DNA from: Zygnema circumcarinatum SAG 698-1b
Lineage: Eukaryota > Plantae > Zygnematophyceae
Length of the DNA stretch: 64,000 nucleotides
Reading direction: 5' to 3'
Assembly: GCA_037447605.1 (NCBI GenBank)
Contig: CM074823.1
Span: 930,001-994,000 of the forward strand
Shown here: positions 27,997 to 51,560 of the stretch, piece by piece
Layout of the letters: each line of letters starts with the position of its first letter
How positions within the stretch are numbered: the first letter of the stretch is position 1
Made by a program: the position numbers and the translations under genes
The notes under the pieces: model-generated
The model's database searches: none
Told to the model about the DNA's origin: nothing
What the model saw: only the letters and a program-made list of their open reading frames with translations

Positions 27997-28466
27997 TGAG
28001 TAAAAGAAACAACCCATTTCTAATACAGGACTTGCTCCACTTTTAACCTTTCCCTTTTGGTTTTCAGTTTGTAAATGAATTGAAGTTACTAGGCTCCACC
28101 AATTCCGTAACTTGCTAAATTCCGTAACGTGCGAAAATCTACAACTTAATACATTCTCTAATTTGGTAGATTCCATAGTTTTCGAGATTCCACAACTTGT
28201 TAAAATCTATAACATAGTCAACTTCATAGTTTGCAGGATTCCCTAACTTAGTACATTCCAAAGTCATCTGGGTGCCATAACTTGTTAAATTCCATGATTT
28301 GTTAGGTTCCATAACTTGCTGAATTCCATACTTTGGTGCATTCCATATTGAAATGACGCAATGTGAGAGAGGAGGGAGAGGGCGCACAGTGTAGTAGATA
28401 ACGTTGAGAATGGGATGCTCCAACACGTCGAGATCCGCCGCCTTGTAGAATCCGGACACTGCCATC

Positions 28467-28525
<59 letters not shown>

Positions 28526-30104
28526 GTAGAGACAGAGGGGTGACGAGAGAGAGGGAGAGAAAAAGGCAGAGAGTGAGACAGAGAAAGTGAGACAGAGAGA
28601 CAGGGAGAGGGATAGGGAGGGGGAGAGGGGGAACAGAGACAGCGAGAGAGAGAGAGTTTTTAGGGTTTTACATTCATTAGGGCATTTAGGCCCTTACCAT
28701 GACCGCCCGAACGGAGAAGCAGATGAAGCAAATCGCCGTCACAAAGCCGACCTGATCCGAGCAAAGCACGGAAAAGAAGGTCAATGGAGGGGGGGCTCGG
28801 GTGGGAGCATTTGCGAGGGGGGGGGAGGGGGAGAGAGAGGGAGAGAGAGAGTGAGGGTGGGGGGTTGGTGGGTAAGAGGAAGGAGAGAGGGAAATGGGAA
28901 GAGCGAGGCACAAAAGGGAAAAGGAAAAAAGGTGAGAGGAGAGGGACAGACCAAAGGAGGAAGTGAGAGTAGCAGAAAGAGCGAGAGAAAGGGTGGCAGA
29001 TGGAGAGAGAGAGTGAGAGCGAAAGGGCGTGAGAGAGTGACTGCGAGAGCGAGCGAGAGAGGGAGGGAGAGGGTGAGGGAAGGAAAGAGAGATGGAGCGT
29101 GAGAGAGAGCGAGATAGTGAGTGAGAGAGAGAAAACGCAAGAGAGAGAGAGCGAGAGTGTGAGGGAGACTGTGAGGGAGGAAACGCAGGAGAGGGAGCGA
29201 GAGAGAGAGGACAGTGAGGGAGAGGGAGTGAGAGAGAGATGGAGAGGGAGAGAGAGATGGAGAGGGAGAGAGAGGAGAGAGAGAGAAGGAGAGAGAGAAA
29301 AGAGGAGAGAGAAGGAGAGAGAAAAGGAGAGAGAGAGAGGCAGACCTCTTGCAGCTTCTTCCGGCGGCCCCTTGACTCGATAGGGAAACGGCGGAGCATG
29401 AGGAACAATCTGTTCCATGCGGCAACGGATTCAGTAACTGAAAAAGTTCAACGGTAACGGAACAGCCCATATAACTGGGTCTATAAACGGGACCAAAAAA
29501 TCCAATTGCAAACAGCAAGACAGCCCAATTGGCAATTGGGAAAATACTTTTCCTTTTCTTTTAGAACTTTTGAAAAATTTCAACGAAATAACTTTTTACT
29601 TTCTCCCCAGAATGTTTTTTTCTGTGTAGTTCTTCTGACACAATTTTTTTTCCCACCGACAAAAAAAAAAAAAACATCATTTGGTAATCAAAGCCCGCAA
29701 CATCCCTCCCACTTTTTTTTTTTTTTTCTTAATAACGGAATGTCATATTGATTCCGTACCGTCCTCCGTACAACAGAAATCCAACGGCTGCTGCAAGCGA
29801 GACACCTGTCACAGAGGAGGAAAAAAGAAAAAAGTAGAGAGAAAACATTGGGTTTCTTTAAACGACATTTTTTCAATTTTTGAAAATTCACGTTTGTCAA
29901 AAGCATCTTTAAGGCCTTCAACAGGTTTAAGAAATTTAAAAATAATCCCAGCAATTGACTAGGGGCAAAAAAGGAATAAAACACGTTAAAAATAAAATAC
30001 CTGCGAAGAAAAATTTTGACATCGTGTCCACAAAAAAGTAGTGCTCCGGCGTGGCCCACATATAGCCCCATATGCTAAACTGTCCGTCCAAAGAGAGAGA
30101 GAGA

Positions 30105-30136
<32 letters not shown>

Positions 30137-31865
30137 AGAGAGAGAAAGAAAACGAGAGAGAGATGGAGAGAGAAAGAGAGAGAGAGCGAAAGAGAAAGAG
30201 AGAGATGGAGAGAGAAAGAGAGAGGGAGAGAGGGAAAGAGAAAGAGAGAGAGATGGGAGGGAGAAAGAGAGAGGGAGAGAGAGGGAAAGAGAAAGAGAGA
30301 GATGGAGAGAGGAAGAGAGAGAGAGCGAGAGAGGAAGAGGGGAAGGACGAACGAGTGAAAGAGAGAGTTAGAGAGAGAGAGAGAGAAAAAGGGGAAGAGG
30401 GAGAGAGACAGAAGGAATGGGAGAGAGCTGCCGCCCACCTGTATGGCATAAATTGCCGCATTTGTAATTAAAAATACTGGACGCAAATTGTCGGTGGGGA
30501 AGCCCCTCGCCTGCGCCAACCCCTCTAAGAATTCAATTAATCTCGGAAAGAGAGAGAGGGAGAGGGAGAGATAGAGATAGAGGGGAGAGAGATGGGGAGG
30601 GAAAGAGAGAGGGAGAGGGAGAGGGAGAGATAGAGGGGAATGAGAGAGGGAGGGAAAGAGAGAGAGGGAGAGGGAGAGATAGAGGGGAAAGAGAGAGAGG
30701 GAGAGGGAGAGATAGAGGGGAGAGAGAGGGGGAGGGAAAGAGAGAGAGGGAGAGGGAGAGATAGAGGGGAGAGGGGAGGGAAAAGGAGAGAGGGAGGGGA
30801 AGAGAGAGAGAGAGGGGGAAAGAGAGGAGACAGAGAGAGAGGGGGGAGAGAGAGAGGGGAGAGAGAGAGAAAGGAGACAGGCTGACATCATGAAGCCAGT
30901 ATCGGCCAATATTGTATCGTCAACATTACGGTCAGACTGTCGGCAGTCATGATGACGTCAGCGGTGGTCAATGCTGACGTCATTGTTGACTCTGCCTGTG
31001 TTGAAGTTATGACGGCATGCATGACGCACCATCATGTGTCATGCTGACGTCATCGGATGCTCAAAGATTGCAAAGACATCGGAAGAAAGAAAAAAACAAA
31101 AGAAAAGAAAGAACGAAAGAAAAAGACAAACGAGTGCTGAATTCACCTGATGGTAAATCTCCGCCCAGAAGAGCACCAACAGAGTGTACGTTGTGAAGAA
31201 GAGAAGGCCCGGAAGGTCAAGGGCCACTATGGCCAGGACCTGAGGGAGGGAGAGGGAGGGAGNNNNNNNNNNAGAGAGAGAGGGAGGGAGGGAGGGAGGG
31301 AGGGAGGGAGGGAGAAGCAGGGAGAATGGGAATGTGAAGTTAAATTTTGGATCTTCTTGAGGTGGCTCTTCTTAATGTTATCTCCACATCGGGCAGTTTG
31401 AATCCAAAAAGGAAAGGAACGGGAAGCCAAAAAAAAAGATGTTTTCTCAATCAGCCAATTTTCTTGATTTTTTTCCCCAGAATTGTCGCATATATTCCGG
31501 CATTAAAAAAAAAAAAGTAAAAATAATCCAAATTTTCACTTACATGTGGAATAAGAGCCTGCACCTCTTCCCGGTAAAAAAAGACAATGGAACGGACTGC
31601 ACACAAAAACATCAAAAGGGTCAAAACTGAAAGCTTAAGACTGATTTACGGGAAGAGAAAACTTTCATCGCTAAATTGTTACCAAAAAAACCTAAAACCC
31701 CTTAAAACCGTAAAAACCCTCCTTTTAAAAGGCCGACTCCTGAAAACCCTACAAAACCTAAAAACCTTTCTACAACTCTAAGCTCCATAATATCTGAGAT
31801 TCCCTATAACCGTAAACCCTAATGCCTCTCTCACATCCCTCTCACAACGGGGAGAGGCAGAGAGC

Positions 31866-31907
<42 letters not shown>

Positions 31908-33077
31908 GGAGGGAGGTGTTGTCTTCACCTGCATTCACAATAAAGTTGAGAAGGTGAAACACTTTCTGTGTGGTCCAGCCGTATTCCGGAACGCGCCGTT
32001 GTATCCGAATCAGTTGAATCTGACGGAAAAACGCACACATGGAAACGCATGCATAGTAAGGTAAGAGAAAAAGGGCAAAGACCTGATGTGTTTGAAGTTT
32101 AAAAATGATCAAAGTTCAAAGAGGAAGTGCTTGAAAGGAGTATCTGAACTCTTGCATGCATGGAGGGAGGAGGAGAGAGAGAGAGAGAGACGGAGGAGAG
32201 ATGAGATCAGGGAGGAGCAGGGAAGAGGGAGAGGAGGAGGGAGGGGAGGGGAGGAGAGGGAATGTGGAGGGAGAGGAGACGTGAGATGAAGCAAGAGAGG
32301 AGTTAGGACTGGAGAGAGGGGGAAAGAGGGGCAAGAAAGTAAGGGAGGGGAGAGACGAGAGGGAGAGGGAGCGAGGAGATGAAAGGGGTGAAGGTAAAAA
32401 GGGGAGAGAAAAGGGAAAGGGGAAAAGAGGCTAGAGATCGAAGAAGAAGAGGGAGAGGAAGAGATAGAGCATGGAGGAGTGGGCAAAAGAGAGGGAGAGG
32501 ATATGGGGAAAAGGAAATAGAGAGAAAAGGAGAGGAGAGAGAGACGTAACGGAGGGAAAAGGGAGAGGAAAGGGAGGCCGGCAAGAGGGAGCAAAGGAAA
32601 AGGACGGGAAGGAGAGGAGAGGATGAGGGGAGGACAAGAGAGAGTAAGGGAAATTGGGCGAGGAGAGAGGATAATAATCAGGGAGAGAGGGGAGATGCAG
32701 AAAGAGAAGAGAGGTGAGGGAAAGAATACAGGAATTAGGATTAGTGGGGCTGAAGAGGAGTGAAGGAGAGGGGTGGGAGAGAGAGAGAGCAGAGAGGAGA
32801 GCGAAGGAAGAATGAACAAAGAAAGAAAGGGGGGAGCATGCCTTCCCATGGCACCAAAACCCTTGCCATGCCCATGCCATGCCCATGCCCATGCCATCCC
32901 TCCTGCCATGCCCTTCCATGCCAGGTGGCACAGCAGCCTTGACGCCACGTGGCAGTACGGACTGACCAGCGCCACGACACCCGGCAGCGCGTACGCCGCC
33001 GCGAGGGCCGTAAAGATGTGCCGCCGCGCGGGGTCCGCGTCCACGGCCGGCCACCACCTCTCGAATGCCGCGCCCAT
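27827..33077 (-). CDS. TOM1: Tobamovirus multiplication 1/3 (TOM1/TOM3/THH1, DUF1084) membrane protein, 276 aa; exons 32967-33077, 31929-32019, 31544-31596, 31147-31239, 30439-30510, 30001-30079, 29760-29805, 29346-29409, 28698-28751, 28388-28465, 27827-27916
   Basis: [78 protein letters not shown] and [13 protein letters not shown] are signature TOM1-family blocks. The 11 exons total 831 nt in frame. The symbol is family-level. Confidence 0.95.
28103..28347. repeat. Degenerate 17-bp tandem array (14+ units, consensus TTCCATAACTTGTTAAA) in the last TOM1 intron
   Basis: Units start every 17 nt from 28103 to 28341 with no indels. Confidence 0.85.
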
Positions 33078-33886
33078 GGACCCTCCCTCTTCCTCTCCCT
33101 CTCCCCCCCCTCTCCCTCTCCCTCTCCCTCGTCACCACCACTCTCTCTCAATATCTCTCTCTCTATATGTATCTCTCTCTTTCTCCCTCCCTCTCTCTCC
33201 CTCTCTCCCTCTCTCCCTATGTATACCTCTTTCTCTTTCTGCGGGCCTCGTTTTCTCGGTTCCGCTTTCAATCTGATCCGGAACCCTAAAATATGCGTGC
33301 AAGGGAGAGAGTAGGGGGAGGGGGCGAGAGAGGGAGCGAAAGCGAGAGGAGACAAAGGGAGAGAGAGGGAGAGAGAGGGAGAGAGCGGGAGAGAGAGAAA
33401 GAGGGAGTGAGCAATAAAGGGATAGAGGGAGAGAGGGAGAAAAGGATAGAAGGATACGGAGGTGGCCAGAAAGAGAGGGAAAGGGAGAGGGAGAGGGAGA
33501 GATACGGAGAGGGAGGGAGAGGGAGAGGGAGAGAGAGGGAGAGGGAGAGGGAGAGGGAGGGAGAGAGAACGGGGAGGAAGGGCACCAAGAAGCCGGAGTA
33601 GAGAGACGAAGGGCAAACCGGGCTTCGCAAACCCTAACTTCATGGAACCCCCCAGCCATATGTGCACCGTTGAGCGTTCAGTTCGAATCACGTGGCGCAT
33701 TTCTATTCCTCCGATGTCTGCCGAATGCCACGTGGCCACAAATGTCGGTGGGGTCGTACGAACGAGAGGTCGTCTGGCACTTCCACAGACGGCCAGCGTG
33801 GCTATGCCACGTCGTCGTACGGACGGAAGCTGTGGATTGTTGTCGTACTATCGTGTACGGTTCCGAGGCCTCCCGTCAAGTCCGTA

Positions 33887-34292
33887 CAGTGGGGGGTCCT
33901 CATATTTTCGCCATGGTATTGGCCAAAAAGGGGCGAAAATATTGATTTTGCAAATATAAGGTTCGTGTTACCAATAGGCGGGCGGTGTTATGTTAGAGTT
34001 CATGTTTGTTCGTACACATCGTATCGTCCAATACCGTATCGTATCGTTACGTATCGTGTAGTATCGTATCGTATTGTGCCGTATCGAAGCTAAGATGAAG
34101 GGGAGAGGAGCGAGCGCCTCTTACGGCGGCACGTGCGGGAAGATTCGGTTTGTTTTGCTTAAGCCCGTAACGGCTAGTACAGCAAGTACGGATAGTACGG
34201 TAAGTACGAATAGTACGAATAGTACAAATAGTACGGGCAACACAGAGTTACCGTACAAAAAGGTGGGTGGAAAATATGAGGACCCCCCACTG
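33887..34292 (+). mobile_element. TA-flanked MITE, copy with the best-preserved TIRs (406 bp)
   Basis: TA-CAGTGGGGGGTCCTCATATTTTCGCC ... GGTGGAAAATATGAGGACCCCCCACTG-TA. The internal sequence is homologous to 17541-18037. Confidence 0.92.
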
Positions 34293-35539
34293 TACGTGAA
34301 AAAGACAGAAACGACAAATACGTTCGTCTCGTGGTTTCCAACTCTTTGGTTCTTTTGGAGCTCTTTGACTTTAGAGAGGGGCGTGTTCACTTTAACGAGG
34401 GTAATCTACCTGGATTTTATATTATTGGGGAGGGAGTGTGGCTATTTTAGTACAATATTTTCATAAAGTAAAGTAAAATAAAGCATCAAAAGTATCTTTA
34501 AGCGCCGTTGCCTTTTACTTAACTTTTTCGGGGCAAGGAAGTTTGGGTGTTTAGGGTTTTCCGGGACTGCCCGCTTTAGAGAAATTGGAATTACTTCCCT
34601 GTTTGGAAAATTCTGATTCAGGGTCGAATTGACTTTATCAAATGCAATGTAAAATTGAACATTCAGGATTTGATGCAATTGCGCTCGCATGGACCATTTC
34701 CCGGTCACAAGTGCTTGCCCTACTACGCTCGTGAGGGAGAGGTCGAGGGAGAGGGAGGCTGAGGGTGAGGGAGGAAGGAGGGAGGGAGAGAGAGGGGGGC
34801 GATGGGGAGAGGTGGAGGAAGTGGAGGAGGGGAGGAAGGCGACGGAGGGAGTGGGGGGGGGAGAGGGAGAGTGGGAGGGGGAGAGAGAGGGGGAGGGAGA
34901 GGTGGTGGGCGAGGGGAAGAGGGAGGGGGAGGGAGAGGTGGAGGGAATGGTGAAGGGAGTGGAAGAGGGGGAGTGGGAGAGGGCGAGGGACGGAGGGGGG
35001 AAGGAGGGAGGGGGAGCGAGAGAGAGGAGGGAGAGGTGGAGGGAATGGGGAAGGGGGAGGAGGAGTGCGGGTGAAAGAGGGGAAGGGAGGGGGGGAAGGG
35101 AGGAGAGGGAGGGACTTATGGATAAGTATGGGGGAGGGAGTGGAGGGAGAGAGAGAGGGAGAGGGAGAAGGAGAGGGAGAGGGAGTGTGGGAAGGCGAGG
35201 GAGAAAGGGAGAGAAGCGAGGTCGAGCTTCCACAGAGTCATAAAGAAACCGACCAAAAAAAAAACCAAAACTGAACTGCGAAAATGATGAACTGATTGCA
35301 GAAATTTAAAACCACAACACAGATTGGACGGCCAAGATCGTACGATGATGGAATCTCTACGGTGACGATTGAAACGTCTCCGCAAAAACATCAAATCGAA
35401 ATCGGTATAAAGCATGTCGGCTCTTTTTTTTTCAGCCCCCTTCTCCCTCACCCAACTTTCCTCTCTCTCTACTTTCCTTTTCCTTTGCTTTTCTTTTGCT
35501 TTGTTCTTTTTTTTTTTTTTTTTTCTTTTTTCTGGCAGA

Positions 35540-45441
<9,902 letters not shown>

Positions 45442-45442
45442 C

Positions 45443-45750
45443 CTTAAACCCTAAACCCTAAGCCTATCCCTAAACCCTAATCCTAACCCTAAACCCTGAA
45501 CCCTAATCCTAACCCTAACCCTAAACCCTGAACCCTAACCCTAAACCTTAAATCCTAATACCCTAACCCTAATACCCTAATACCCTAACCATAATATCCT
45601 AACCCTCACCCTAACCTAACCCTAACCGTAGACTTAACCCTAACCCTAATACCCTGACTTCTGAAACCCTACACTCTTAAACCCTAAACTCTAAACCCGC
45701 CTCTGAGCTGGAGCCTTCCAAGCCCTTAGCATTAAGCCCTTAAACTCTAA
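45443..45750 (-). repeat. CCCTAA/CCCTAAA array abutting the KLHDC4 start codon (contains AAACCCTA telo-boxes)
   Basis: Repeats begin 2 nt upstream of the ATG at 45441. Confidence 0.85.
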
Positions 45751-46229
45751 ACCCAAAAACCACAAACTGCACACCGCAAACTGCAAAACGCTGACGACCA
45801 AAGACCGCGGTTTACCGTTGACAAAGTAGACCGGCTACGTCCAGTGACGTCATGCCACTTCGGCTCTGGCAGGAAACGAGTCAAGTTGTAAAATTTCGGC
45901 TTACGTGGCAGTTTTTGATTGGCTTCGTTGCTGACCATGTTTTTCCGAATCTAGAAACCCTACATTTTTGCAGTATAACTACCAAACTTACAACGAATTG
46001 CGTGCTGGCACGTGGCAAGCCAAATTTTGAAACCTTAAATATTTGCAGGGATTTCAACGAATTGTGGACACGTGGCAGATCCCTCATTGATGTGCGATTT
46101 CAATTTTTGAGTGCTTTACTGGTTTTTGGTTTATGGTTTTTGGCCTGCGTCATCAATTTTGTCATTTAGCGACATTCCATTTTCAGCTCCTCGCAATCGT
46201 CATATGCCACAAAAGAATTCTTTTTTCTT

Positions 46230-46418
46230 GGAAAATGATACTTCGCCTCCCTTTTTGGGTTATCCCGCCCCATTTTTTTTGAAATCCCGCCCTCCCATTT
46301 TGGCTATTCCGCCCCCTGTTTTGGATATCCCGCGCTTCCCCATTTTGGATAGTCACCCCCCTGTTATGTCCTTCTCACACATCAGCGCAACGTCCGTAAA
46401 GAGAGAGCAGAGCAGAGA

Positions 46419-46478
<60 letters not shown>

Positions 46479-46587
46479 TGTGACTAACTCAGTGGGGCAG
46501 TGGGGTATAGCCAAAATGGGAGGACGGGATTTACAAAAAAAATTGGGGCGGGATAACCCAAAAAAGGGGGGCGAAATATCATTTTCC
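46230..46587. mobile_element. Mutator-like MITE with ~78-bp imperfect TIRs
   Basis: GGAAAATGATACTTCGCCTCCCTTTTTGGGTTATCCCGCCCCA...CCCATTTTGGCTAT mirrors ATAGCCAAAATGGG...GGGGCGGGATAACCCAAAAAAGGGGGGCGAAATATCATTTTCC. GG/CC termini, with TTTTCTT on both flanks. Confidence 0.75.
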
Positions 46588-47064
46588 TTTTCTTTTGTTC
46601 TTCTGTGACCGGTTGTCAGTTCTTCGTGGTTCCCCAGGTTGATTTTGATTTTGATTTTGAATTTGATTTTGAATTTTGATTTTTGATTTTGATTACTTTG
46701 GCCATTGTACATTTGATGGCATCGCCAACGTCGATCGATGCCACGTCATTTCGTTTTTTATTTTATTTTCCCCCCTGACCCAATGCAATTTTCACTCCTG
46801 CATTCGGTCACAGCCTCTCATCAAAATATTATTGCAGCAAATGGAACCAAGAAGGAATTTTATAGTCTTTGGAACCAAGAACAAAACAAATTGATCCCGA
46901 TTGAAAGAATTATTCGATAATGTGAAATTATACTAAAAAACAAAAACCCAAAACCCAAAACCAGAAACCAGAACCGCCTCCCTCCAGTTTTTGGTTTCGC
47001 CGCCGTTCCAAATCTCGCCCTCACTTGCTCTCCTTGTCGTAGACCCCCGATCTGTTGGACTCGC

Positions 47065-47652
47065 AGTCAAGGCAAGTCAAGGCAAGTCAAGGCAAGTCAA
47101 GGCAAGTCAAGGCAAGTCAAGGCACGTCGCGGCCAGTCAAAGCAAGACAAGACAAGGCAAGGCAAGGCAAAGCAAGGCAAGGCAGGTCAAGGCAAGAAAG
47201 GGCAAGTCAAGGCAAGTCAAGGCAAGTCAGGGCAAGTCAAGGCATGTCAAGGCAAGTCAAGGCAAGTCAAGGCAAGTCAAGGCACGTCGCGGCACGTCGC
47301 GGCCAGTCAAAGCAAGACAAGACAAGGCAAGGCAAGGCAAAGCAAGGCAAGGCAGGTCAAGGCAAGAAAGGGCAAGTCAAGGCAAGTCAAGGCAAGTCAG
47401 GGCAAGTCAAGGCAAGTCAAGGCAAGTCAAGGCAAGTCAAGGCAAGGCAAGGCAAGTCCAGGCAAGTCAAGGCAAGGCAAGTCAAGGCAAGGCAAGGCAA
47501 GGCAAGGCAAGGCAAGGCAAGGCAAGGCAAGGCAAGGCAAGGCAAGGCAAGGCAAGGCAAGGCAAGGCAAGGCAAGGCAAGGCAAGGCAAGGCAAGGCAA
47601 GGCAAGGCAAGGCAAGGCAAGGCAAGTCAAGGCGAGTCAAGGCAAGTCAAGG
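47065..47652. repeat. Pentanucleotide (GGCAA/GTCAA)n compound microsatellite
   Basis: AAGGC and AAGTC units, an internally duplicated block, and a pure (GGCAA)n tail. Confidence 0.95.
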
Positions 47653-47852
47653 CTGGCTGACTGGCACAGAGAGAGGGAGGGAGGGAGGGAGGGAGGGAGG
47701 TAGGAGTCGAGAGGGCGAGGGGGAGGAAGAGCGAAAGAGGGAGAGAGCAAGAGAGAGAGAGGCAGGGGAGGGGACGGGAGAGAGGGAGTGAGAGTGGTAG
47801 GAGTCGACAGAGCGATGGGAGGGAGAGCAAAGGAGGGAGAGAGCGAGCGCGC

Positions 47853-48098
<246 letters not shown>

Positions 48099-48879
48099 GG
48101 GAGAGAGGATACAGGCAGTAGAACCCGTGGAGCAGTGCCACTCCCACGGCGCCAAAAAAAAGGCGATCCCTCAAAACAGGGCGATGCCGGAAACCGATTC
48201 GAACTGCAAAGAGGTCGAAAAAGATGAATGACTACCTCAGGTATATTAAACAGAAACAGACAGAAGAGAGAGTGGGAGAGGAAGAGAGCGAGAGAGAGAG
48301 AGAGAGAGTGAGAGAGAGCGGGAGAGGGAGAGGGAGAGAAAGAGAGAGAGAGAGGGAGAAAGAGAGAGAGAGAGAGAGAGAGTGGGGGGAGGGAGAGAAA
48401 GAGAGAGAGAGGTATTACTGAGGGGCAGAAGAGGGGCATATGCCAAGGGAGCCAAAAACTGATAATTTGGGCCCTTCGATTTTTGCTTCCGATATTCCTC
48501 CCTGCATTCGAATGCACCGGAAATTAAACAAGTTTTGACAACGAATGAAATGGAAATCAACAAAGGACATACGAAACAAAATTAAAGGCAATGATGAATA
48601 TACAGAAAGGGAAAGGGGGGAATCAAGAGGGTACAATAAATGTCCTTGAAAATTTATAAAAGTGTGGTGGTAGAATATATATAGAACTTGCTCGACAGCA
48701 GGAGCAGGTGACTTTACAGAGGGGGGAAGGGGAGAGAGAGGAGTGAGAGAGGGAGAGGGAGAGGGAGAGGGAGAGGGAGAGCGATAGATGCGGAGTCGGC
48801 AACGAAAGAGGGAAGGGAGACGACGGGAAGGGCAGATTTGGAAGAAGATTTGGATTTGGATTTGGATTTTTTGGAACAA

Positions 48880-48955
<76 letters not shown>

Positions 48956-49079
48956 GACAGAGAAAATGATGAACTTACTCCGTCAGAATATCTTGTGATG
49001 ATACCATTGTTTTTTATTTTTGAATTGCTTTCCCCAACAAAGCAGATATCACCGTTCTTGAAATGCGGAAGGGAGATTA

Positions 49080-49123
<44 letters not shown>

Positions 49124-51560
49124 GCAGAGTGGGAGAGAGATGTAATTCGGCGTCCAGACAACGGGTTCTATTCGGGTTCTAAAACCCTCTTCTTTACCTG
49201 CGCCCCGAAAAAATAAGGCTGAGGGGGATGACGGCTTAATTTTTAGTGTTATATGGTCAACAAACTAAAACACAAGAAAGAGAAAAAGAAGTTTCATAAT
49301 TTGAGACCCTAACCCCTACAACAGTACACCGTTAAATCGTAAGCAATTTCAGCTTAAATCATTTTAGCAAATTTAGCATTTTAGCAATTTCAGCTTAATC
49401 TGCTAAAAAAATCATTTCAGTCTTAAATCCTTGACGCCACACAGGTCTTAAACACTCCAAACTTTGAACCCTAAGTCTTGGACCCTTCCCTCTAAAAGTT
49501 GAATTCTCAACCCTAAAGTCTCAAGCTCTCTCTCTCTCTCTCACCCCTCCCCCTTCTACCTCTCTACCCTCCCTATCTCACTCTCCCACCCTCTCTCCCT
49601 CTCCCCCTCTCTCCCTCTCCCTCTCTCTCCCCCCACTTCCTCTCTCCTCCCTCTCTGTCTCCCCTCCTCCCTCGTTTCCCCCTCTCTCCCTCTCCCACCC
49701 TCTCTCCCTCTCCCACCCTCTTCCCCTCTATCCCCACTGTCTCTCTCCCCCCTCTCTCGCTCCTCTCTCTCTGCTCCTCGCTCTCCCCTGTCTTTCTCTC
49801 CCCCTCCCTCTTTCCCTCTCCCCCATCTTTCTCTCTCCCCCTCTTTCCCTCTTCCCCCCCTCTCTCCCCCCTCTCTCTCCCCTCACTTTCTCTCTCCCCC
49901 CCTCTTTCTCTCTCCTCCCCTCTCCCTCCTCCCCTCTCTCTCCCCCCATTTTGTCTCTCCCCCCAACTCTCTCCCCCCTCACTCTCCCCCTTTCTCTCTC
50001 CCCCCTCTCCCTCCCCCCTCTCTCTCCCAACTCTTTNNNNNNNNNNCCCCCCCCTCTCTCTCCCCCCCCTCTCTCTCCCCCCCTCTCTCACCCCCTTTCT
50101 CTCCCCCTCTCTCCTCCCCCTTCCCATCGTCGACAAAGTCCTCGTCGCTCACTTACTGTAAGGACGACTAAGTCAACGTCAAAGTCAACGAGGTCAGCGC
50201 AGTCAACTTGGTCAAAGTGGTCCACTTCGCGCTCCCGCGAGCGCTCCTGCGAGCCAAAACCACTTCTCTGCTCTCGCTCTCTCTTCAGAAAAAGACAAAG
50301 GTTTAGGGTTTAAGGTTTGAGAAGATGAATACCAACTTCTTTATTGTTTTTTAGGGTTCAGAGATCTTCCGAGTCCAGCGAGGATCGGAGGTTTAAATTT
50401 TTCGTAGATAGTTATCCCGAAAAGATTTGTCGCTTCAGCAGAATGTACGAAAATATTTTTATTGCCCTTCCTATTGGGCGAGTGGATACGGTTCCCATCT
50501 TAGATTTGTCGATTTCGAAAAACCAGATCTACAGCATCCGATAGCGAGTCGCCTTTTGGCACGTTCGTACAAAACTCCGGGTTTTCTGCAAATACGACAA
50601 ATGATACCGCTCGGTGTTTGTGTCTTGCCTGGAGGCTTCTGGTATACGTCAGCATGCCGTGCCTGGCCGTACGGTACGGCAGCGCTTGGCATGGAAAAAC
50701 GGGAAACTGCGACCCGTGCCTTTTGGATCCAGTCGCTTGGACTCACGGAATTGCCGGTGTACGGAATTACCGCTGTACGGTTTTCTTTAGGATTCGGATC
50801 GATCCCGGGTGTAGCCTCGCCGCTCGCTGGCCGTTGGATTGTCACTTGCGCAACGTTAGAGACGTTGGATGTGCCACGTGTTGATTTGCGCCATTTCCGG
50901 TCGGCTGTTGGATTTAGGGTTTTGCTCGTGAACATGCCACGTGTCATCCGCAGCCCATTGCGGTGATCGGCGAGCCTCGGCTGACTACGTGGCCACGTGG
51001 TGGCCGCTCCGCCCCTTGGGCTTGTCGGTATCCGTACATCCATTTGTCGGCTGCGAGTTTGCCACGTCCGTCACGATCTGTTCGTACCATATCTTTTGAC
51101 GTGTCTGCATCTACAAGCGCCACGTGACACCAATTCTAAATTCTAAGCGGCCTTACGTTAAACCGCGTGTCGAGTGCTGGTTCGTCCGTACGACCACAGG
51201 ATAACCTACGCTAACTTGCCGCTGCCAAGTGGCAAACTTTGAGTGGCCCAAAAGTTAATTCGTACGGCTTTCCGTTCATATTCGTACTCATTCAGTATTC
51301 GTACATCTATCTTGGTACATTATCGGTCAGAATCAGCTACTTGCGGTTATTCGTACATCCTTTTTGTACCATCCTGCGGACCTCCCAACGGCTATACTCC
51401 TGCTCTGGGTCTCATTTTCGCAGAATTTCGGAGCCAGAAAAATTTGCACCATTCCAATTTCTTGCAACTTTGGATCGAAATTCTCAGAACTGTTCCTGCC
51501 GTTCCGTGTGCTCCAGTTAGCTTTTCCGTGAAACAGATTTTTCTCTGGTCCTTTGAATTG

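Noticed and set aside
28103-28347. CRISPR-like array, or the coding extension in ORF 28139-28465
   Set aside because: There is no repeat-spacer alternation, no cas genes and the context is eukaryotic. The TOM1 exon ends at donor 28386-28387.
46991-47791. KARQG-repeat basic protein
   Set aside because: A pure pentanucleotide satellite is open in several frames, with no ATG start or splice support.
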